From the IMG/VR virus record IMGVR_UViG_3300036853_000446, positions 62,001-126,000 of that record: a DNA stretch of 64,000 bases; one strand, written 5' to 3'. The first letter of the stretch is position 1. Each line of letters begins with the position of its first letter. A model generated the notes under the pieces. The model worked only from the letters and a program-made list of their open reading frames with translations, did not search any database and was not told the DNA's origin. Of this stretch, positions 1-7,872 are shown in pieces. The position numbers were made by a program, and so were the translations under genes.

Positions 1-128
1 GCGCCACCGCCAGCGTTCGTAGGCGCCGTCGTATACGCAGCGAGGTAAACTGCTGCCGGGGCGGCGAACGAAGTAGCTCTCAACACGTGGTTGAGTAGAT
101 TGACCGCTAGGTAGTCGGACTTTGCCAT
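1..128 (-). CDS. Phage tail/minor structural protein, 3'-truncated by the window edge
   Basis: Not in the ORF track. Manual translation from ATG at 128 gives MAKSDYLAVNLLNHVLRATSFAAPAAVYLAAYTTAPTNAGGG, matching the widespread phage structural family pattern SDYLExxLLNHxLRxxxYxAPxxVYxALxTxxP..GGG. Confidence 0.65.
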   Translation of the reverse strand, partial: MAKSDYLAVNLLNHVLRATSFAAPAAVYLAAYTTAPTNAGGG

Positions 129-151
129 GATGCCTCAACATCAGGCGGTTG

Positions 152-166
152 ATAAAAGCTGTCTCA
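152..166 (-). promoter_or_regulatory. CTTTT-core motif copy (putative late promoter)
   Basis: TGAGACAGCTTTTAT, intergenic, upstream of the ATG at 128. Confidence 0.35.
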
Positions 167-183
167 GCCTTCATCGAACGGGA

Positions 184-570
184 TCAGCGGTTGTTGAACG
201 ACGCAGTCAATCCTCCCGATGTCTGAATGGGCTCCGACACGTCGTAATCTTGAGCCACAATCTGCTGACCGGCCGCGTACGTGAGACGGACTCTCCAAAA
301 GCCCGCGGCATTGGGCCGAAATCGAAGGCTGTAACTACCTGGCGCTCCGGGGATTTCGTGGAAATAGAGACTGCCTGCGTTCACTTGGCTGTCAGAGACC
401 GGAGCCCCGTTCATGACGGGCCAAGGCTGCGGCACGTTGTTGCAAAACGTGTGTGACGTCAGGTCGACGAGCGTCAGCCCTTTAATGGGCGTGAACCCAT
501 CGACCTCAAAGAAATCCGCCTGATCAATCACCGTCTGATTGATCCGACCGACGCGACCTACCGACGCCAA
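184..570 (-). CDS. Hypothetical virion structural protein (128 aa)
   Basis: Beta-rich composition; TTG start preceded by GAAAGGG; fits the co-oriented gene series. Confidence 0.6.
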   Translation of the reverse strand: MASVGRVGRINQTVIDQADFFEVDGFTPIKGLTLVDLTSHTFCNNVPQPWPVMNGAPVSDSQVNAGSLYFHEIPGAPGSYSLRFRPNAAGFWRVRLTYAAGQQIVAQDYDVSEPIQTSGGLTASFNNR

Positions 571-601
571 ACGCTAACCCTTTCTCGCATGTGGTTCTTG
601 C

Positions 602-850
602 TCAAGGCATGTGGCAGAGGTGCTTCAGATTCTTGACCGTGTTGGCATAGAGAAGCGCGGGCACCTTGCCCGTTTGGTTGAACCACGCGGTCCGCAGCTC
701 CCCAATGTTCACGACCGTGCAATCGAAGACGAAGCTGATTCTCGTGCCATTCTTCGACGTGTTCTGCATCGGCGCCCCCGCGACCTGCAGGTAGGCAGCA
801 AAATACAGATCCGTGGTTTCGAATACGCTATCTCTTGTCTCGTCATTCAT
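602..850 (-). CDS. DUF5659-like small phage protein (82 aa)
   Basis: ETTDLYFAAYL...G...ISFVFD pattern typical of DUF5659. Confidence 0.6.
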   Translation of the reverse strand: MNDETRDSVFETTDLYFAAYLQVAGAPMQNTSKNGTRISFVFDCTVVNIGELRTAWFNQTGKVPALLYANTVKNLKHLCHMP

Positions 851-932
851 ATGGGGTCTCGTCTTCAGAGGACTTCATCTTCGGTCTGGGGCTGATTTTT
901 CAGGGTCTGGGTCTGGGTCTGAATCTGGATCT

Positions 933-959
933 AAAATCGAGGGGCTGGCGAAACCCCTC
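933..959 (-). terminator. Possible intrinsic terminator
   Basis: GAGGGGTT-TCGCC-AGCCCCTC hairpin followed by GATTTT, 9 nt after the stop at 968. Confidence 0.45.
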
Positions 960-967
960 CCAAGGCT

Positions 968-2092
968 TTACGAAAGCGCGACAGCGTTCGACACGCGATG
1001 CCGGACTTGGACCCGCACGCTGGTCGTGGACACGGCGACACCGGGAATGAGTGCCGCGGGGATCACGATGGCGGTCGGAAGGACGCTCCCGCCAGCTCTG
1101 ATGATCGCTTGCTGTTCCAACCGCGCGGCACCCACCCCGGTGAATTTGACGACGATGCCATAATCCCCCGTCCCGCCCCCGCTCTCGGTGCCGAGGCCAG
1201 TGCCGCTGAGCGTTACCATCCCCTCTGCAGGTGTCCCGCGAACCCCGGTCGCAATCGTTGGCAGGGTGTTCGCCGTGGCAAATGGCGTAGACCCATCGTC
1301 CTCGAAAACCGCCACAGCCGCCCCGGTGGGCACCGATGGCCGGCGCGGGTCCGGGTCATAAGTCGCGCCGCTGTATTTGGCGATATTGCCGACGAGAAAG
1401 CTTTCGACGGCTACGTCGGTGTCCGCGAGCAGAGGCGCCACGGCATCGGCCACCACGAATGCACGAGCGTCGCCCGCGTCGTAGAACGGCTCGAGCGCCC
1501 TCGCGTTGGTCGTGTCGCCAACGGCCTCCAGTTGCGCCTGGCCGATGGTGAGGGGGCCATTCGGGAGGCCCACTGAGGCGTAGAAGGCCGAAGCGGCAGG
1601 AAAGGTCCGCACACCATCGGTGAGATTTAGGTTGGCATTGGCCGTCGACCCATTGCCGGTGGTGTCGAGTTCGAGGAAGCTACTCGAGCCGTGCGTCCGA
1701 GACTCGAGCGACACGGCCGAGCCCGCTTTGAAAGCGCGGATGCCAGAGCTTCCGAAGGCCGTATTGATGGCAGCCACGAGCGCCTCAGTCGAGGCGTAGG
1801 CTGCCTCGCCAATCGTATAGACGCCGAACGAGGCCGTCGACGACGTCCTCAGGCGGAGCACCTTGTTGGCAGCCCCAATCGTGAGACTCGTCGGGGCGGC
1901 AGAGCCCGTGACCGTTGCGCCCACGCCCGTGCTCGAGTCCGCCAATGCCGCCGCGAGGAAAGCGACGGTGGGAGGCCCCAGGTATCTCTCTTGGCCAGGC
2001 GAATCGACAGGGTCATTCCTGCGGCTCACCTGCTCCAGGTCGGTCAAGCGGATCGAGGCCGGCAAATCGGCACGAATGACTGCTACGCGCAT
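968..2092 (-). CDS. Virion structural protein with C-terminal IPT/TIG-like beta domain (374 aa)
   Basis: Ala/Thr/Gly-rich; C-terminal VTLSGTGLG...AIVIP...VRVQV..RVSN resembles the C-terminus of 2493..3119. Confidence 0.6.
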   Translation of the reverse strand: MRVAVIRADLPASIRLTDLEQVSRRNDPVDSPGQERYLGPPTVAFLAAALADSSTGVGATVTGSAAPTSLTIGAANKVLRLRTSSTASFGVYTIGEAAYASTEALVAAINTAFGSSGIRAFKAGSAVSLESRTHGSSSFLELDTTGNGSTANANLNLTDGVRTFPAASAFYASVGLPNGPLTIGQAQLEAVGDTTNARALEPFYDAGDARAFVVADAVAPLLADTDVAVESFLVGNIAKYSGATYDPDPRRPSVPTGAAVAVFEDDGSTPFATANTLPTIATGVRGTPAEGMVTLSGTGLGTESGGGTGDYGIVVKFTGVGAARLEQQAIIRAGGSVLPTAIVIPAALIPGVAVSTTSVRVQVRHRVSNAVALS

Positions 2093-2104
2093 GGCTGAAC
2101 TCCT

Positions 2105-2473
2105 TTAACTTTCTGCATTATCGAGACGACCTCGGGCTCTGTCGTATCTGAGGTACCTCAGCACGGTCCCGTAGTCGGTGAAGAAACTAGAGATGGATTC
2201 CAAGAACTTGAGGTCGTCAAACCTCCAAGCGAACTGCGCGGCCCGGACCGTGAAGCGCATCCTCCGGAGGATCTGCATGTAGAGCGGGGCGCGATCGAGA
2301 GCCTTGAGTTCGTCTTCCGCTTCCGAGAGGGTCTTGAAGCGCCTCTGGGCGTCCTTGAGCAGGCTTCGTCGATAAGGATCCGGAATGAGGCTCTTCGGCT
2401 GCCACTTCTGCGTGACATTGTAGAACTGCGCGCCCTCGTGCTCGAGGATGCTGGGAAGGAGCCGATACTGCAC
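2105..2473 (-). CDS. Hypothetical protein (about 122 aa)
   Basis: ORF track extends to 2554 but overlaps the upstream gene; GTG at 2473 (MQYRLLPSILEH) removes the overlap. Confidence 0.5.
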   Translation of the reverse strand: MQYRLLPSILEHEGAQFYNVTQKWQPKSLIPDPYRRSLLKDAQRRFKTLSEAEDELKALDRAPLYMQILRRMRFTVRAAQFAWRFDDLKFLESISSFFTDYGTVLRYLRYDRARGRLDNAES

Positions 2474-2492
2474 GTCACGACTTGGGTATCGA

Positions 2493-3119
2493 TCAAGCCG
2501 TGATCGTGAACGTGTTGCTGTTGCGACCGTCGGCGATGACCACGACGAAATCACCTGCGGCGAGCGCCCCGTTGACGAGGGTGTCGATCACGATCGACGT
2601 GTTCGATACCGCGCCTGGCGCTGTCGCGATGATCTGGGCCGTCGTCAGGGTCAGCGCCGGGGCGTTCACCGAACCACCCACACCGACTCCGAAGAGCTTG
2701 ACCACGGTCACGTCGGGGGCAACGCTGAGAAACCCCGTGCCCGTGATGGTCACGTCGCCCGCTGCCGGGACGGCGATCTGGGCGGCCGTGATGACCGGCG
2801 TCACCAGGTCGGAAGCGACGAGTGACACGACCGAGATGAGGCCAGCCATCTGGAGGCCTTTGATTTTGCCGCTGTGGGCCGACAACGTGACCCGCTGCGT
2901 CTCGTCGAGGTCGATGAATCCCGCCACCGCAGGGTTTCCCCGCCGGGTGCGAGGGATGTAGCACGGCTGCTTGGGAGCGCTGGCATAGCCGTCTCGCGCG
3001 TAGGCCATCGGATCTGCGGTCGATCCGAGGCGCTTCGCCGTCTTGTTTGGCAGCCCGTCGTCGATGTCGTCGACACGAAGGGGCCCCAAAGTGGTCTGGG
3101 CGTGAACTAGTCTCAGCAT
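2493..3119 (-). CDS. Virion structural protein with C-terminal IPT/TIG-like domain (208 aa)
   Basis: AGGAG SD before ATG; VTITGTGF...SIVI...VVVIADGRNSNTFTIT; paralogous to the C-terminus of 968..2092. Confidence 0.6.
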   Translation of the reverse strand: MLRLVHAQTTLGPLRVDDIDDGLPNKTAKRLGSTADPMAYARDGYASAPKQPCYIPRTRRGNPAVAGFIDLDETQRVTLSAHSGKIKGLQMAGLISVVSLVASDLVTPVITAAQIAVPAAGDVTITGTGFLSVAPDVTVVKLFGVGVGGSVNAPALTLTTAQIIATAPGAVSNTSIVIDTLVNGALAAGDFVVVIADGRNSNTFTITA

Positions 3120-3170
3120 GTTGACTCCTGAAGAGGGCGAGAAGGAGATGTCCTACCCAATTGCGGAGCC

Positions 3171-3185
3171 ATAAAAGGAACTTCA
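3171..3185 (-). promoter_or_regulatory. CTTTT-core motif copy
   Basis: TGAAGTTCCTTTTAT; the TGA is also the patatin stop codon. Confidence 0.35.
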
Positions 3186-4037
3186 GCTCATTTGACCCAC
3201 GGCGTCGGCATATCCTTGCGCCCGCATCTGCCGAACGCCCACTGGACCAAAGTCCAGAGAATCAACGGCCAGGTGCGTGCTCGGCTGCAAGAGACGAATT
3301 TTCACGTCCTTATACTCTCCTGTCAGCTTTGCCAGATCGTTCTTGAGTCCCGCCTCTTTGAGATCGCCCCGCGTCACCTCGTCGAGGGCGAGATCGATGG
3401 CCCGGAGCAGGCGCCAAAGGGTTGTCTTTCCCTTTGGGTCCCAATTGCCCCGGTCATCCGGATTGCTCGTCATGATGACGTCGATCTCAGTTGCGCCAGC
3501 CCGAATCGCCTCTCCGATGGGCGTCACGTTTCGCAGACCGCCATCCGTCCATTCTTCACCGTCAATCTTCAATGCCTTGAAGAAGCCCGGGAAACTCGAA
3601 GACGCCAGCACCCACGACACGAAATCCGGCGACTTCTCGGTAGCCACGAAGTAGTTCCCCGTGACCCAGCTCACTGCACCAAGCCTCACCAACCGGCCCG
3701 AAGCCGCGATCGCGTTCGTGTCTAGTTCTTGCTGAACCCATTTTTGCAGAGGGCCTGAGTCGTAGACGGAGCACTTCCAAAGTGCCGCGACGTACCAGAG
3801 AAACCAGAATTTCCGAATATTCGATGTCGCGACGCGATCCCACATCGAGGAGACCTTGGCATAAGCCGCCGCTGGATCCCCGAGCGGCGCTTGACTCAAA
3901 ACTGCTGCATTGAGAGCCCCTACCGACACACCGCAGACGATCTCATAATCTCGCTTCTGATCGAGCAAAAGATAGCGCAAACCGCCTTCCTGAAACGCGC
4001 CTTTACTCCCTCCACCGCTGAGCACGAGGGCTCTCAT
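3183..4037 (-). CDS. Patatin-like phospholipase (284 aa)
   Basis: Oxyanion loop LVLSGGGSKG, nucleophile elbow GVSVG, SSSFPGFF, catalytic DGG. Confidence 0.92.
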   Translation of the reverse strand: MRALVLSGGGSKGAFQEGGLRYLLLDQKRDYEIVCGVSVGALNAAVLSQAPLGDPAAAYAKVSSMWDRVATSNIRKFWFLWYVAALWKCSVYDSGPLQKWVQQELDTNAIAASGRLVRLGAVSWVTGNYFVATEKSPDFVSWVLASSSFPGFFKALKIDGEEWTDGGLRNVTPIGEAIRAGATEIDVIMTSNPDDRGNWDPKGKTTLWRLLRAIDLALDEVTRGDLKEAGLKNDLAKLTGEYKDVKIRLLQPSTHLAVDSLDFGPVGVRQMRAQGYADAVGQMS

Positions 4038-4052
4038 TTCACATCCACCCTG

Positions 4053-4811
4053 TTACGTTTGAAAACGCCACCATCGAATGTTGCCCCTCACCAGGAGTGG
4101 AGAAACCGGAGACACTTCGTGGGCAAAATAGCTCAGGCGCAAAACCAACGGCGGCGCGATCGTTTGAGTGCCGTCTGCAATGACGGGGGCAAGCCCACCC
4201 GGCGGAACGTAGACATTGTCCGCGAAGGACTTCAGCTTGACGTCCATGGGCGATGTCGGTGACGGTGCAAAGGGCCAAGGAGGAGCCCCCTTGAGGGCTT
4301 CCCAATCTGCTTGGGCCGCGCCCGTCGGAAAGACGACGGCAAATTGGACGTAGTCGTCTGCGTGCTGCTTGTCACCGATGACCCAGAGAGCCTGCACGCC
4401 CTGAATGTCGTAAGGCACATCGGGGGCAAGGTCACAGAAGCTCTCTGTCGGAGCCTCTTCCCCGTCCGTGGGCGACGTCACCGTAAACGCGAACCCCTTG
4501 ACCTGCAGAAGGTTCGCCTTGTTCGAGGGCTCCTGAACGATACGGAGAGCCCCGTCCGAGCGGACGTCAATGAGCGGCTTTCGCAACAGAGGTACGCCAT
4601 CATGAGCGCCGACGACGTCGTCGAGGGCCGCCTCTTGATCTGCATCAACGTCCGCCTTGAAATCGATCTTGATCGAGTCTCCCTGCGTCGTCACCCCCAC
4701 CAGCTCGATCCTGATACCGAGAGCGGCTCGAATCTCCTTGTCGAGCTTAGCTGCAGAGACGGCCCCGTTGAGCGTGTCTTCAGACGTCCTGTACGCAAAT
4801 GTTTGAGCCAT
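4053..4811 (-). CDS. Virion structural protein (about 252 aa)
   Basis: Probable start ATG 4811 overlapping the upstream TGA (TGATG); N-terminal domain paralogous to 4811..5419. Confidence 0.6.
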   Translation of the reverse strand: MAQTFAYRTSEDTLNGAVSAAKLDKEIRAALGIRIELVGVTTQGDSIKIDFKADVDADQEAALDDVVGAHDGVPLLRKPLIDVRSDGALRIVQEPSNKANLLQVKGFAFTVTSPTDGEEAPTESFCDLAPDVPYDIQGVQALWVIGDKQHADDYVQFAVVFPTGAAQADWEALKGAPPWPFAPSPTSPMDVKLKSFADNVYVPPGGLAPVIADGTQTIAPPLVLRLSYFAHEVSPVSPLLVRGNIRWWRFQT

Positions 4812-5419
4812 CAGTTCTCGGTAATATTTGCCGGCACTGGTACGATGCTCAATCGAATCCTTCGTACCCGAGCCGTATTCGCCGTGCCCACACGCCTGAA
4901 CTGGACCGTAAAGACCGGCGCGGTCAGATCGGCCACGGTAACCGTCACGGCACCACTCGCAGGAACATAAAACGCGAGAGGATTTGCCCCAGACGCTCGC
5001 TCGGTGCCATCCCAAGAGAGGCTCCCGACACAAAGCGAGGTGTTGTCTTGAGTCGCGACCGACAACTCACAATACCAGTTGATGGTATAGTCGCCCGCGG
5101 CAAGTAAGCCAGATGTGAGGGTCGCCGCCGTCACAAACGCCGTTGCCGTGCTCGTTTGTTCCGCTTCCGAGAACAGCCTCTGCACGCCCGACGTGAACCC
5201 AGCGCCCGTATGGGCCACGATGATCGCGGCGAGGGCGGTCACCTGCGGGCCACTGAGGTCCGTCGTCGTAAAGACCGCGAGGTCATCGCCGGCCACGTCG
5301 ATGTGGTCCAACAACGTTGGTCCGCCCGGCAAAGTCTTGATCTGCGCCGTCAAGACCGCGAGATTGACCGTGTGATTGGGGAAACTCGTGCTGATCGAAT
5401 AATGAAATTCAGTTGCCAC
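4811..5419 (-). CDS. Virion structural / fibre-associated protein (202 aa)
   Basis: N-terminus YSISTSFPN..VNL..L..QI..L..I...GDD...L...AL..II.AHTG shared with 4053..4811; beta-sandwich-like C-terminus. Confidence 0.6.
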   Translation of the reverse strand: MATEFHYSISTSFPNHTVNLAVLTAQIKTLPGGPTLLDHIDVAGDDLAVFTTTDLSGPQVTALAAIIVAHTGAGFTSGVQRLFSEAEQTSTATAFVTAATLTSGLLAAGDYTINWYCELSVATQDNTSLCVGSLSWDGTERASGANPLAFYVPASGAVTVTVADLTAPVFTVQFRRVGTANTARVRRIRLSIVPVPANITEN

Positions 5420-5597
5420 TTGCAGGGCCCCTTCTCTTCAACCACCGCCGCATGAGCGTCACCAGCGAAACATTATACGGGTCATGGTCACAAGGCTGAA
5501 TGCTGTTCAGTTGTTGTTCTGCCAGAACGACACTCTGCTGCGCTTGCGTCACAATCTCCGAAGGATATTCCGCCCACACGTCATCAGCGTCTGTCAT
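5409..5597 (-). CDS. Hypothetical protein (62 aa)
   Basis: Overlaps both neighbours by 4-11 nt as expected for translational coupling. Confidence 0.45.
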   Translation of the reverse strand: MTDADDVWAEYPSEIVTQAQQSVVLAEQQLNSIQPCDHDPYNVSLVTLMRRWLKRRGPASGN

Positions 5598-6559
5598 GCT
5601 ATCGCCTCAACTCGAATGAGAGTCTCCCAGAGAGACGCCGCAATAGTGGATTCTGCACGGAACTGGATGCGCCACGAATAGGTGTTGGCACTGAGCGCGC
5701 GCGTGAACACCCGGGACGTGTAAAAGCGCTGATCCGATCCCGTGATGCCGAAGGTTCCGGCATTTTCCGACGGCTCTTGCTTGTGGATCTCTCCCAAGTC
5801 GGCATAAGCGCCGGCTCCGACCTTTTCCTGCAATTTCACTTCGATGTCGAAAGAAACGGAATCTAAATTCCAACCGTACGAGGTCGTGAACTTATAGACG
5901 CCCGCGGCGATCACGGCGTTCAATATTTCGACCTTGGTCTGAAATGTCGTGCTCGTCGTCGTGCTCACACTCGTGTCATAGACGTGGACCCCCGTCCCTA
6001 CCACGGCACCCGAAGCCAAGGCGAGCACACCCTCCGCGGTCACGCCCGGATCGGATGACGCGAATGGCGCATAGTTCAAGAAGACGGCCTCAATGAGGGG
6101 CACGGTCGCGGCTGCACCCACCGAAACAAAGGTCACGTTGAGCGCCGCACGAATGCTCTGGTACCAAGCAAAGTAGCCGTCCAAGAACGCCTTTTGCGCT
6201 CCTGTAACCGTCGCACGCAGATTCGAAAGTTCCTGCTGAGTGGCCAACGAATACAATGACAGGATGAAGTTGTCCGTATCCGTCTGAAGTTCGATTTTCT
6301 TGCTGGCGCGCGACCTCGCAAGATTTGTCGCGTTAGCGTCCGCCGCCGTTTTCTCCGTAGCATCCATCTCCCGAAGATTTTGGGAGGTAGGTAGGTCGAC
6401 GATCCAGTAGCGCTTGGGAATCTGCGGATTAGTGTCGTTTCCAGTCCCCACGAGAGTGTCGAGGTTGGGAGAGTTGATGACCCAAGTCGATAAAGGAAAA
6501 TCCGGGGCGTTGATAGACCGGCGGACGTCGAAGGTGGTTTTGTTGACTGCACTGGCCAT
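5594..6559 (-). CDS. Tail fibre-associated protein (321 aa)
   Basis: Directly downstream of the LamG gene; helical middle segment and beta-rich C-terminus. Confidence 0.55.
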   Translation of the reverse strand: MASAVNKTTFDVRRSINAPDFPLSTWVINSPNLDTLVGTGNDTNPQIPKRYWIVDLPTSQNLREMDATEKTAADANATNLARSRASKKIELQTDTDNFILSLYSLATQQELSNLRATVTGAQKAFLDGYFAWYQSIRAALNVTFVSVGAAATVPLIEAVFLNYAPFASSDPGVTAEGVLALASGAVVGTGVHVYDTSVSTTTSTTFQTKVEILNAVIAAGVYKFTTSYGWNLDSVSFDIEVKLQEKVGAGAYADLGEIHKQEPSENAGTFGITGSDQRFYTSRVFTRALSANTYSWRIQFRAESTIAASLWETLIRVEAIA

Positions 6560-6563
6560 ATCT

Positions 6564-7871
6564 TTACCCGACGTTGTCTACTACAATGTTCTCTGCGTAG
6601 ATGGGACCCAAGACCGTTCCCGTAATCCCGCCCCCACTGAGGTCGGGCACAGTGATGGAATTGAGATTGAGTGCAATCCCAGAAATGGAACTACGGGAGG
6701 GCCCGGCGCCAAACGTAAACCCATAGCCGGAATACGTCGTGGCCGCCGCAGCGACGAATATGAGGACGCGGCATCCCGTGCCAGTACCCGCGGTGATGAC
6801 TTCCCCGATCCCGACAGCGGCGGCGCCTGACACACCGGTCTTAGCGTTGATGTCACCCGTCTGCTGAAAGATAATGCCCAGCTTATCCGCGGCGCTCGTG
6901 GTGAAGCCAGTCGTCGCATTACCGACGTTGTTGAACGTGAACCCGCTGGTGTTGACCGTAGCAAGGGCTCCAGTGACGACAAACGCAATCAAGGTCCGTG
7001 ATTCGCAGCTCCCCGTATAGTTGACGGTGATAGTCCCGGAATCGCCCGGAGCGACGGCCAGAGTGAAGATTCCCGTCGAGCACCCTGCCGTCGTTGTCGT
7101 GTTCGAGCTGGCCCGAAGGGTCATGCCCGACGCTCCGAACATGACCGTCGTCAACACCGCGTTGCCGATCGGCGAGGGCACCGATTCGGCGCCGCCACAA
7201 ACGACGAGTACGGCGCTGTCCACGGTGGAAGGCACCGTGTATGCCAACGTGAGAGAGCTTCCTGCGACAATGGAACTCGCCGTCTGAACGTTGAAGACCG
7301 TAGCGCCCCCCGTGTTGGGGGCACCTTCATTCATCACCCACCGACCCACCAGGCCAGAGACGATTCTGTCGCGCCCCCGCGACGCATAAATGGTCTGGAC
7401 CTCATCGGCGGTCAGAGCCCGATTGTAAACGCGGACATCTTCCATCAGGCCGTTGAAGACCCGTAACGGCCATGGGCCGTTACCGATTACCAAGCTTTGG
7501 GTGTTCACGCTGCCTGTGGCGCCCGTGGCCGTGGTGGCCTCTTGAACCCCGTCGATATACATCCGCAGCAAGGCCGCGGTCGTGTCGTAGACACCACAGA
7601 CGTGGTGGAGCGTGTTACTCGCGAGGGTCGTCGTACTCTGCACGACGGGGAAGGATCCATTGAAGTTTCCGAACTCCGCACCGTCCCAGACTTGGATTGA
7701 CAGTTCCCAACCGGTCCCGCCAGCCTGCGGCTCTTTGGAAAGAATTTCGTGCCTCACGCCCGTGGCAGAGCGCTTGACCCAAGCCATCGCTGTAAAGGCC
7801 ACACCCGTTCCGAAGTCTAGGTTGTCCCCGCAGTCGATGTAGTTCGTCAAACCGTCAAAAGCGAAGGCCAT
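6564..7871 (-). CDS. LamG/concanavalin A-like lectin domain tail protein (435 aa)
   Basis: FDG..NYI, FT..AWVK, HHVCGVYD, RMYIDG, LVIG, FNGLMEDVRVYNRALTADEV are LamG-3 hallmarks. Confidence 0.85.
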   Translation of the reverse strand: MAFAFDGLTNYIDCGDNLDFGTGVAFTAMAWVKRSATGVRHEILSKEPQAGGTGWELSIQVWDGAEFGNFNGSFPVVQSTTTLASNTLHHVCGVYDTTAALLRMYIDGVQEATTATGATGSVNTQSLVIGNGPWPLRVFNGLMEDVRVYNRALTADEVQTIYASRGRDRIVSGLVGRWVMNEGAPNTGGATVFNVQTASSIVAGSSLTLAYTVPSTVDSAVLVVCGGAESVPSPIGNAVLTTVMFGASGMTLRASSNTTTTAGCSTGIFTLAVAPGDSGTITVNYTGSCESRTLIAFVVTGALATVNTSGFTFNNVGNATTGFTTSAADKLGIIFQQTGDINAKTGVSGAAAVGIGEVITAGTGTGCRVLIFVAAAATTYSGYGFTFGAGPSRSSISGIALNLNSITVPDLSGGGITGTVLGPIYAENIVVDNVG

Positions 7872-7872
7872 T

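Noticed and set aside
884-931. TCTGGG-type hexamer repeat in the gap before 850
   Set aside because: Short and imperfect; no start codon links it to a gene and no function can be supported.
4811-5033. N-terminal 74-aa extension of ORF 4053..5033
   Set aside because: Overlaps the upstream gene out of frame; ATG 4811 in a TGATG junction is the better start.
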